Of a stretch of 64,000 bases of DNA, positions 13,541 to 23,903 are shown piece by piece; position 1 is the first letter of the stretch; every line of letters begins with the position of its first letter. This stretch comes from Mobula hypostoma. Lineage: Eukaryota. The notes under the pieces are model-generated. The model saw nothing but the letters and a program-made list of their open reading frames with translations. It did no database searches and was not told the DNA's origin. A program made the translations under genes and the position numbers. Where the stretch lies: the NCBI RefSeq assembly GCF_963921235.1, contig NC_086097.1, positions 187,552,001 through 187,616,000 of the forward strand, in the 5' to 3' direction.

Positions 13541-13747
13541 TACAGGTAGGCTGGTGTTGGTGATGCACTGGGCAGTTTTGTTTACCCATTGTAGTCTTCC
13601 TGTCTGCCATCCTGCAGTTTCCATACCATGCAGTGAAGCAGTATGTTAGGATGCTCCCTAATTGTGCATCTGTAAAAGGATGTGAGTATTGATGTACATA
13701 GTCCAGCTCTCTTCCGTCTCCTCAGAAAGCTGAGGATTGTGTAGGAT

Positions 13748-13842
13748 GTGTTCTGGGACTATTTGGAGTTGTGTTCTGGGACCATTTGGAGTTGTGTTCT
13801 GGGACCATTTGGAGTTGTGTTCTGGGACCATTTGGGGTTGTG
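13748..13842. repeat. Minisatellite, 4 x 23 bp
   Basis: Unit gtgttctgggaccatttggagtt at 13748, 13771, 13794, 13817, contiguous without spacers. Confidence 0.95.
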
Positions 13843-16310
13843 CGAAATATGCATTCCCAGGAGTTTGAAACTGCTCACAGTTTCCACTGCTGTGCTGCTG
13901 ACGTAAAGAGGGGTGTGAGTGGTGTGAATTCTCCTAAAGCCGATAACCATCTCCTTTTGTCTTGTTGACATCAAGGAACAGGATAGTTGACTGTCACCGT
14001 GCCTTGAGTTCATCACCTCCTCTCTGTGGGCCATCTTATCGATGTTGGCGATGAGATCAACCACTGTCATGTTGTGTTGAAACTATACATTGAACAGAAT
14101 GCTGGGCAAACCAGTAAGTCATCCTTCTAAAGATTAAATTTCCTGTTATGTCAGCTATAAAGGCAAAAGACAAGAAAACATTAAAAAAAAATACAAATGC
14201 CAGAAAACTCAGATTCATGGCTCTGAATAACTTTTTGCTAATTCTGTCAAATTTTGACTGTCATCAATATTCTCTGTTATTGTAAATCAGGTTGGAACAC
14301 TTCAAATAAACAATCTATATTCCAGCCCTTAAGAAGCTTGGGTCAACAGTACATGGATATCAAGACGAGTGGAGGAAAATAATAGAAGTATTGATGCTTG
14401 TACTTAGTCTGGATAATGGCATCATCATTATCTCAGAAGCAGGTATGTAATAACAGCTGCAGGTGTTTCAATGCAAACTTAGAACAACGGTAGATCAAGT
14501 CTGCTGAACTCCAGTCATCCTCAGAGAGCAACGATATGAAAGAATTCTACTTCACAATCAAGTCAATGTAGTCTACAATGTGCAAGCTCAACACATTTCT
14601 TCTTGAATGGATCAACATCTTAAGCAATAAACCCCCAAGCAAGCATTGGAAGTGGACTGGAAACTTCAAAAACTTGTTGAACAGCATATTGATATTCAAC
14701 AATGAAGTAATGGAACAATTACCTCAGTGCTTCAGGAATAAGACTATAAGATGTAGGAGCAGAATTAGGTCATTTGGCCCATCGAGTCTGCTCCAAAAAT
14801 TTATGATCAACTTCACTACAACTTCCATCTTTCCCTTAAATTCTCCAACACCTCTCTCCTCTTACTTGACCTCAGGAGACAGATTATCTATTAGTATCTT
14901 TTACTAACCCACTGACTCTCACAGTTACCTCAACTACACCTCTTGCCACTCCGTCACTTGCATGAATGCTATTCCCTTCTCTCAGTTCCTCCATTTATTT
15001 CCTTCTGTTCTCATGTTGAGGCTTTCCATTCTCAGAATTTCAACATATCCTCTTTTGCAGAACAGAATCAACTGGCCAAACAACCTAATTCTGCTCCTAT
15101 CTCATATGTCTAAGGTCTCAAAACTGTAGCTCCCTCCACCACTGCTATTAATGTAGCCCTTACTCACATCACTTCGATTTTTCCCACATCTTCCCTCACC
15201 CCATACTCCAGTACATAGCAAGTACAGAGTTCCCCTTGTCCTCACCCATAACCTCACAGATCTCCACATTCAACGTATCTATCTGCAATGTCTGCTATCT
15301 CCAACATGATCCTACTACTTGGAACGTCTTCTTCTCCTCTCCTCTCTATGCTTTCCACAGGAATATCTCTCCCTATGACTCCTTTGTCCACTTGTCTCTC
15401 CACACTGATCCCTGCAATGATCCGAAATGTTGCCTCTACACCTAAGTCTCCTCCTTCACCACCATTCAGGGCCCTAAACATTGCAAATGTCTCTCCTCAT
15501 TTCAAGAAGGAAGAGAGGCAGAAGAAAGGAAACTATGTACTGACCTCAGTGGTTAGGAAGATGTTGGAGTCAATTATTAAAGATAAGGTCTCAGTATACT
15601 TGGAGGCATATGATAAAATAGGCTGTAGTCAACAAGTCTTTCTTGACAAATTTGTTGGAATTCTTTGAAGAAATAACAAATAGGAAAGACAAAGGAGAAT
15701 GGTTGATGTTGTGTACATGGATCTTCAGAAGGCCTTTGACAAGATGCCACACATGAGGCTGCTTAACACATTGTATTACAGGAAAGAGTCTAGCATGGTT
15801 AAAGCAGTGACTGATTGCCAGGTGGCAAAGAGTGGGAATAAACGGAACCTTTTCTGGTTGGTTGCCAGTGACTAGTGTTCCGTCAGGGTCTGAGTTGGGA
15901 CCGGTTCTTTTTATGTTATACAGTGTTTCAATGATTTGGATGACAGAATTGATGGCTTTGTTGCAAAGTTTGCAGATGATATGAAGATAGGTGGAGGCGT
16001 AGTTTTAAAGTAGTAGAGAGGCTACAGAGAATTTATGTTTGAGAAAGTAGTGAGGATACAGAAGGGCTTAAACAGATTAGGAGAAATAGCAAAGAAGTGG
16101 CAGATGGAATACAGTGTCAGGAAGTGCATGGTCATGCACTTTGGTAGAAGAAATGGAAGAGATGACTATTTTCTAAGTGGAGAGAAAATACAAAAAAATG
16201 AGGGGCAAAGGGATTTGGGAGTCCTTATACAGGATTCCCTAAAAATTAATTTGCAGGTTGAGTCAGTGGTGAGGATGACAATGCAACGTTAGCATTCATT
16301 TCATGAGTAC

Positions 16311-17200
16311 TGTTACATGCTCAAGGAGATCTGTTTTTTTTGTGAGAATGATATAATGGTCTTTTGGAGGTCACCTGATGTGATTTTCCTGCCGATGTGA
16401 GGTCACATGATGACATGTGCCCCATGGCTATATAAGGGTCGACCCAGGTGACACAGTTGGTTTTTAGTTTGTAGATTTCCAGGTAGAACATGCTGTGTCT
16501 CTGTTTCCGTTGTGTGTTTGTTTTTGTGACGCAGTTTCATTTTTAAAACGGAGTGTTGCGCTCTATTTCAAGATACCATATTACTGGACTGGAAATTTTT
16601 GCTAGATGTGCTGATTTACTCAATTCCAACAGTAGAAGGGAGAGTGAAGAATTTATTGAAGTATAGGATTGAAGGATCAAGAGGAGTCGGCATTGTTTGG
16701 CAGTTTAATAAAGGATCAACCTTATTGAGTCTTCATTGGAGGAGTAGCGACCTGCATCGTGGATAACTCTTGCCAAAAAAAGCAAAGAGTGCATGCAAAG
16801 GTTTGCTCTTTCTCTAAAAGAACTTAAGGTCAGTTGTTTTAAACTGTTTATTTTCGGCATCGTGAATCCTGTGGACAGAACCAGCAGGAAAGTCGCGTCT
16901 ATGAAGAAATCCTTCTCCAGAGAAGTCTCTCCCTAATTGAACTTATAAATCTGTTGGATTTTTGAATTTATCACTTTAAGAACTATAGTTGACTTTTTCG
17001 CTTTAAGAAGGGTTTTCGCATTTAATGCTTTAAGGAACCAGTGCCGAGTGACGAGTTGTTGAACGGCTGCATTATCAGTTAACTTCTGGTTAAAGTTTTC
17101 GTTTGTTTTTTACCTTATCATTTATCTGTGTTTAATAAATGTTTGATTGTTTTTATATAACCTGTCTCAATTGATATTCATTGTTGCCGTTTACGTAACA
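16311..17200 (+). mobile_element. Solo LTR (890 bp), 4-bp TSD GTAC
   Basis: TGTTAC...GTAACA inverted termini; GTAC at 16307-16310 and 17201-17204; TATA-like tatataag ~16429; AATAAA ~17133. Confidence 0.93.
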
Positions 17201-17759
17201 GTACTTAGAATATAAAAGCAAGCATATAATGTTAAGTCTTTACAAAGCACTGGTGAGACCTCACTCGGAGTATTGTGAATAGTTTTGAGCCCTTTATCTT
17301 AGAAAGGATGTGCTGAAACTGGAAAGGATACAATGGAGGTTCACGAAAATGATTCCAGGTTTGAATAGTTTGTCATCATATGAAGAGTGCTTGATGGTTC
17401 TGGGCCTGTATTCACTAGAATTCAGAAGAATGAAGAGTGACCTCATTGAAACCTATTAAATGGTGAAAAGCCTTGAAAGAGTTGATGTGGAGAGGATGTT
17501 TGCTGTGGTGCGAGTGTCTAAGATCAGAAGACACAGCCTCAGAATAGAGGGGCATTCTTTTAGAATGGAGAAGAGGAGGAATTTATTTAGCCAAAGAGTA
17601 GTGAATCTGTGGAATTCTTTGCCACACCCAGTTGTGGAAGTCAAGTCTTTATGTATATTTAAGGCAGAGGCTGATACATTCTTGATGGGTCAGAGCATAA
17701 AGGGATACAAGGAGAAGGCAGGAGATTGGAGCAGAGAGGAAACTTTGTTCACTCATGAT

Positions 17760-18130
17760 GAAAGACACTCTCTGACGGTGGTGTCTGAAAAGAGGATGCT
17801 GTCCAAGTTGCATGCCATCTTGGTCAATGTCTCCCATCCACTACATAATGTATTGGGTGGGCACAGGAGTACACTCAGCCAGAGGCTCATTCCACCGAGA
17901 TGCAGCACAGAGCGTCATAGGAGGTCATTCCCGCCTGTGGCCATCAAACTTTACAATTCCTCCCTTGGAGGGTCAGATACCCTGGGCCAATAGGCTGGTC
18001 CTGGACTTATTTCATAATTTACTGGCATAATTTACATACTATTTAACTATTTATGGTTCTATTACTATTTATTATTTATGGTGCATCTGTAAAGAAAACC
18101 AGTTTCTCCCGGGATCAATAAAGTATGACT
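17760..18130 (+). mobile_element. Rex1-like LINE 3' fragment inserted in the CR1 3' UTR
   Basis: LSKLHAILVNVSHPLH...RLIPPRCSTERHRRSFPPVAIKLYN; ends AATAAAgtatgact; CR1 tail resumes aaatggc. Confidence 0.8.
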
Positions 18131-20439
18131 AAATGGCAAAACAGACTCAACAGGCCAAATGGCCTTATATAACTCTTATATCTTATGATGTTATTATGGT
18201 CTAAACAGTCTATCCAGTTGAGGCAGTCTTTCACTTGAGAACCAATCAGTGCTATTTGTTGCTTCTGGCGCTCCTGGGGTGCAGCCTCTTCTACATCAGA
18301 GAGGCTCATTCAAATTGTGGGATTGCTTCATCGAGTACCTTCACACCATCCAGCATGATGGCCAGGAGCTCCTGGTGCCTGACCATTTTAATTCCACTTC
18401 TCATTCCCACACTGGCATATCTATCCACAGTCATCTCCACTGCCAATTTGAGACCAGATGCAGATTAGAAGAACAGCACTCAAATTCCATCTTGGTAGAT
18501 TCCAACCCAATAGCATGAGCATGGATTTCTTCTGGTAGACACTCTCTTTTTGTCCTCCCTTTGTTTTCCCTTTCCTGTTGGTGCTCATAGCCCTTCTCTT
18601 TCTCCTCTCCTGCACTTTTGATCTGCTCATTACCCACATATTCCTCGTTTTGTTTCCACTCCTCACTTCCTACCTTTTATTCCATGGTTCATTATCCTCT
18701 ACTATCATATGCCATCTTCTTCTATCCATTGTCACTTCCACCCATCAGCTCCCAGCTTCCTACATCATTCCCACTCTCCCACTCACCCATCTTCTCATCT
18801 CTCCCTCCCCACGCCATCCTCTGCCCCACCTTTTAATAATGACAATCTCCTCTCTTTCTTTCCAGTTGTAAAGAAAGGTCTCCTCCCGACAAGTCAGCTG
18901 ACAATTTCCCTCCATAGATGCTGCCTGATCCACTGAGTTCCTCTAGCATGCTGTATGTCACTGCAAAGCTTTTATATCTTTGGTTTGGCTGCCAAAAAAA
19001 AAAGCATTATACTTGCACTATATTGGAAAAGAAGCAAAAATTGCTGGAATTACTCAGCAGATCAGAAAGCACGTGTGGAGAGAGAAATAGAGGTAATGAC
19101 TCAGGTCAATGACTTTTCATCACCATTTGCATCTTTGCTGTATTAACAGTCAGATAATCAAACATTTTTGATTAATGGTTTGTTAGGCTGTTCAGTTACA
19201 GCAAATAAACTTGTCGCAGGCTTACAATCTCCTAATGAAACACTGTCAATTTTGAGCCAAGATCAAAAAAGAAGACATTCTGTACATAGAAATATGTTAA
19301 TCTACTTATCCCTAGAACCAACCCATCACATAATCCAATGATGTTCAAGGTTAAAAAGGATAACTAGTTTACAACCGATAGAACCAAATCCATTTTCTCT
19401 GTCCAACAAATTGTTTTTCCTTGTGCCCTTAAATTTACTAAAACTGAATAGAACTTACATTAAAAAGTCAAGGTTACTTAATGCATCTTAATAAATTTTT
19501 AAGTTGTTCTTTTTTACTGCAGTTGGATATACCAATATCCAAGCTTAGTATAGAAATTCCATTCATGCCTATGACAAAGTTTATTTTTAATTATTTTATA
19601 GTGTAATGTGCTAAGTCATTATAGTACAATGCATATTGCTCGATTACAAGGTAATTATACAGAGGACTTCCAAAATTACTTATGTGGTGCATTTGCGAAT
19701 ACCGCAATGAAACCCACTCTGCAATTGAAATTTGATATTTTTGATTAATATATAATGTGTGTGTGTGAATTATTCAATTTTATCTGCAATATTTTGAATA
19801 GTTTACAATCCCAGTTTCATTGTTAGCAGTGAGTCACTGGCAGGTAAACACGGCATGCATAAAGAGTGCAACATAACTGATGAGGTTTGAGCTTGAGAAC
19901 AGCATAGATAGAACCAAGTCCACTATAGTAAATCACCCTGGGGACATATTAAATGTATAAAATCTGTTGTTCGAGATTTATTTTCATTGATGGAATAATA
20001 GTCATAATGGGGTTAATTTACTGTGAGAATTATTCGATTGCTGTTAAGGAAGATAGGCAAAAGTGAAAAAAGACTAAATGTATTAATGTAATTACTTGAG
20101 GATGGAAGCGTTAAGCACACTGGGGAAGAGGCTGGACAATTGTCAGATGCAGGAACATTGGCCATGATACGTATTTAAATTGCAACAATCCCCCCTCCCC
20201 CCCCCCACACACACACAAACACAGGAAGCACACAAGATTTATTCAGCTTACTCATTATAATGATTTCAGTCTTCACGGTTTAATGCACTGTTCACAGACA
20301 TCTCAACAGGGGGACCTAATTTGAAAGTTGCAAGCATTAAGAAAATTCAGCCATCAGTTCCAGAGACAAGTATTTAAATGACACCGCATTCAGCTATGTC
20401 TCTTCCCAACACATTATACAGATTACTGATGCAGAAGAG

Positions 20440-21720
20440 TGACAGTGGTATCATGGACCGTGACCACTCTGATAAGATTCCTTGCTATTCTCATTAGGAA
20501 TATTACTGTTGCTTATTATCCAGAGAAACCAGACTGGTGGTGCTCTTAGATTTGTAGTCTATAGCAGGACCTTGAAGATCCCTGAGGTGCTAGAAGTTAT
20601 TCTCTAAGATTACCTGCAAAGCACCTCCATTGAAATCAGCAGCAAACCACCAGGCCTTCTCCCACAGGTTTGATAGTATTTTGAAGCACCAGCGAAGGCA
20701 AAGTTCACTGAAGTGCCGTATGCAAGAGAAACTTGTTTGATCAGAAGTTTTAACTTCTTTAGCAAGTGCTATACTATTCTCCAAAGAACTGTCAGAAAAT
20801 TTAAAAACAACTTCCAAAAAAAGACTGCAATGCTAGAATCTAGAGCAAAAACAGAATGCTGGTAAAACTCATTCATTAAGCAACATCTGTGGATGTAAAA
20901 GGAATAGACCCTGTGTAAGGATTAAGAGAAAACAGGAAAGATTTTTGTATATTGTAGTACATAGGCAGTGAGATAGAGGCTGGTAGGTGAAAGGTGGAAA
21001 CAGATAAGGAAGAGATGATGCACGGATGGAACCAGGTGGGGCGAGGAGATAGGAAGGGGCGGACAAAGGGAGAAGAAAACTCGGAGGACAGGCGAATTTG
21101 TATGGGAGGAGAACATGAGGTTGTAGTTTACCTGCAATTGGAAAATTCAATGTTCATATCATTGGGTTGTAAGCTGCTCAAGCCACATACACAATGTTGT
21201 TCTTCCTGTTTGTGTTTGGCCTCTCCATAGCTATGGAGAACACCAAGGACAAACTACACCATAGACCACTCCACATATCAGTTACCCGTCTCTATTGAAC
21301 TCCCTGGCATACCATTATTTTCCGGCAATCTTTCCTGTTCCCTCTTAGTCCTGATACAGGGTCTCAATCCAAAATTTTGATTACACCTTTTGCTTACTCA
21401 GCTGTTGCTTGATCCAGTGAGTTTTTCAGGGTTCTGTTTTTGTAGCAAATTTTAAAAACTACAAAGCAATGAAGCCTTTAAACATAGGAGAGTCAATTAG
21501 CAGCTAAAGTGTAATTATACATTGTTGCTTTGTTCCTACCACTGAATGCTTGTTAGATGGAGCATTAAGCTCCAATATAGCACAATTTTGTTCAATGCAT
21601 TTCATCCTGATGGATATCATGATCTGCTTAACAGTGTAACCCACGTTGACATAGATGTCAACAACTCTCACACGACAAACGTTCGTGCATACATCAGTTA
21701 ATATGCTTGAACCTAATTAG
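20440..21720 (-). mobile_element. Possible very old Gypsy pol fragment (RT/RNase H), split by a Penelope insertion
   Basis: Weak minus-strand peptides LLIDSPMF (~21480-21505) and LMRIAR (~20480-20497) in Gypsy-like order. Confidence 0.3.
20822..21450 (-). mobile_element. Penelope-like 3' fragment flanked by inverted pLTRs
   Basis: aggattaagagaaaacaggaaagatt (~20918) is inverted to aatctttcctgttccctcttagtcct (~21326); purine-rich PLE 3' region in between. Confidence 0.7.
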
Positions 21721-22221
21721 CACCTTGGTGTCCATATAATGAAGAATTACAGAGATGAATTTTGAAGCCTATGTGTCCACCATTTTGTTCTTTCAGAACC
21801 CTCCCTTTGCATTTCCTGATAAGGAATCTGTACATATAGCTTTTTAAAATTGCTTGCGTAAATGCCCAAGCAATAATGGTAAATCTTTCAGTAGCAAAAG
21901 CCATATCTAACATGATTAATGTGGCCTGTAAATATCACCTATTTATCTGTACTCCTTCCCTATGCCATAGTGACAATGCAATTTATGTGCCAGAAGCTGC
22001 AAAATTGATGCTTTAGCTCTTTTAATGTCTGTAATGTAAGTGAAAAGCTAGTTATTTGTATCTGCATTTTATTTTAGAGCTTATAAAGTTATTTTTGTAA
22101 AGAAATGTACTGTACATAATTTGTATGAAATGTAAAACAGTTCTTCTTTCCATGTCAGTAGGAATATATCACTTAATGAATCCCTAGACTGACAAAATAT
22201 TTTTAAACCTGCAGAAATACA

Positions 22222-22620
22222 AAAGAACATAAGAAAATAGCAGTAGTAGGCTCTTCAAACTTGCCCTACCTTCAATATCATCATGGTTGATCTATGTCTC
22301 AATTACTTCTCTGTGCCAGTTCCCCATCAATATTTATCTATTTCCACCTCAAGTATATCTAATGATCTACAGATCTGGCTTCCACTATTCCCAAGGCCAG
22401 AGAATTGCAGAGATTCACTACCCTTTGAGAGAAGAAATTTCCATGCACTTCAGATTTACATGATCATTCCCTATTTGTAGTAATGCCTCCATTTTCTGAT
22501 TCTCCCACCAGTGCAAACATCTCAACATCTATCCTATCAAGCCCCCTTAGGATCTTATATGTTTGCATAATGTCAGCTGTCTTTCTTCTCAACTCCAAGT
22601 GATACAACTTTAATATTCTA
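22222..22620 (-). mobile_element. Old CR1 3' fragment
   Basis: aagaacataagaaaatag tail; agaattgcagagattcactaccctttgagagaagaaatttc is the reverse of the FSQRVVNLWNSL region. Confidence 0.75.
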
Positions 22621-23358
22621 TGCTAAACATGGAAGGAACAAGTACATAAATTGTACTCTTTCCTTACTGGTTATAAAGCCATACTTAACTATTAGTAATC
22701 AATTGAATTGATGCAGTGCAAAAATATTGTTGCATTCTAAGGCCCATTGCCATTTCACTTGCATAGATCTATCAAGCTGCACATAGACTTCATTATTTCT
22801 TTGGATCTTATTTGTTGAGAAAAGCAAAAAAAACTTCAATTTTATATACAAAACCAGACCTGAATCTGTAACAGTGGGTTGGGTATAGGAGACGTAGAAG
22901 TTAGTAGTGCTGAGAAAAGTATAGAGTGGTATAAAACATTCCCTCCGCATCTTCCCCCACCACTCCCTGAGCCAAAGTATCTTTCTGAGTCCCAAAGGAA
23001 TGTGAAAATTATTTCTGTCCTTCATAATTTGTCTTCCTTGAGGAATATTGTAGCTATCCTGTGACCATGATGCTTACTTTCTTTAAACTTCCCTGTACTT
23101 TAGTTTGCAAAGTTGGCTGTATGACACAGAAACATGTTCTAGATTTCTTGTGTATGAAATTTACTTAGGGCTGTATCCTATCGTAGAGTGTAATGTCATT
23201 CTATAATTTAAAAGAATTGCTGAAAGTCAATGTTTCCTTTTGAAGCTCGGTCAAACTTCCATGACCTGTTTCTTCAATGTCTCCTTTATTGTGCACAACC
23301 AAGTTTTTTACTTCCCCATTTGAAGGTGGGTGATAAAGATGGGTGAAAGGGTTATTTA

Positions 23359-23540
23359 GCATCTCTCGGAAGAGGTACAGTCGACGTTTCGGGCCGAGAC
23401 CCTTCGTCCTGATGAAGGGTCTCGGCCCGAAACATCAACTGTATCTCTTCTGAGAGATGCTGCCTGGCCTGCTGCGTTCACCCGCAACTTTGATGTGTGT
23501 TGCTTGAATTTCCAGCATCTGCAGAATTCCTTGTGTTTGC
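23359..23540 (+). mobile_element. Non-autonomous Penelope-type pLTR insertion with 50-bp fold-back and 16-bp TSD
   Basis: GTGAAAGGGTTATTTA at 23343-23358 and 23541-23556; arms 23359-23408 and 23411-23460 reverse-complementary with 5 mismatches. Confidence 0.92.
23406..23440 (+). ncRNA. Minimal type I hammerhead ribozyme motif (probably mutated)
   Basis: GTC-CTGATGA-A-GGGT(CTCG)GCCC-GAAA-C-ATC-AAC: CUGANGA and GAAA core boxes, stem II, minimal stem III; the inverted arm keeps the likely ancestral GAAACGTCGACT. Confidence 0.75.
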
Positions 23541-23681
23541 GTGAAAGGGTTATTTACTCGTTTGCTTCTCATAAGCTGTTCAAAGCATTTCGCCATTGTC
23601 TGATATGACTTCTTCCAGTAGACAGTGATAGACAAATAAAGGGTTTAGCAAACATGTGCCCTACTTCTACCATTTTGAATG

Positions 23682-23903
23682 GGGAACATCGACTCAGACC
23701 ATGAGAGGCCTGTGTTGGGCATTTTCATGCCTTACAAGGCGCAGATTGGAAGTCTGTGTGGGGCGCCACTCCTCACACAGACTAGAGAAATGTGTGATTA
23801 AATGCCTTGCTCAAGGGCACAAACACGCTGCCACAGCTGAGGCTCGAACTAGCGACCTTAAGATCACTAGACGAATGCCTTAACCACTTGGCCACGTGCC
23901 CAA
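23682..23903 (-). mobile_element. tRNA-derived SINE, 11-bp TSD
   Basis: Minus strand GGCACGTGGCCAAGTGGTTAAGGC (A box) ... GTTCGAGCC (B box) ... cccttgagcaaggca; CATTTTGAATG at 23671-23681 and 23904-23914. Confidence 0.88.

Larger units (their letters stand above)
12735..14075 (-). mobile_element. Rex1/Babar LINE fragment, split by an opposite-strand Rex fragment
   Basis: Minus peptides TAVETVSSFKLLGMHISHN and KKASNIKKNPTHPAHGLFVPLP; tail near 12735. Confidence 0.8.
15481..18200 (+). mobile_element. CR1 LINE, 5'-truncated, 7-bp TSD (CTAAACA)
   Basis: IANVSPHFKKEERQKKGNY, KKWQMEYSVRKCMVMHFGR, FSQRVVNLWNSLP; TSD at 15474-15480 and 18201-18207. Confidence 0.92.
14805..18950 (+). mobile_element. 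Penelope-like element (RT end, GIY-YIG endonuclease, pLTR), split by a CR1 insertion
   Basis: Left part 14805-15480 ends ...ttcagggccctaaaca; right part resumes ctaaacagtc at 18201 with CSLFYIRE-like endonuclease remnant and pLTR ~18860-18950; homologous to 48975-49880. Confidence 0.75.

Noticed and set aside
13748..13842. CRISPR-like repeat array
   Set aside because: Units are contiguous with no spacers, there are no cas genes, and the context is vertebrate LINE sequence.
23825..23903. tRNA gene
   Set aside because: Head of a SINE with non-tRNA body and TSDs; no complete acceptor stem seen.
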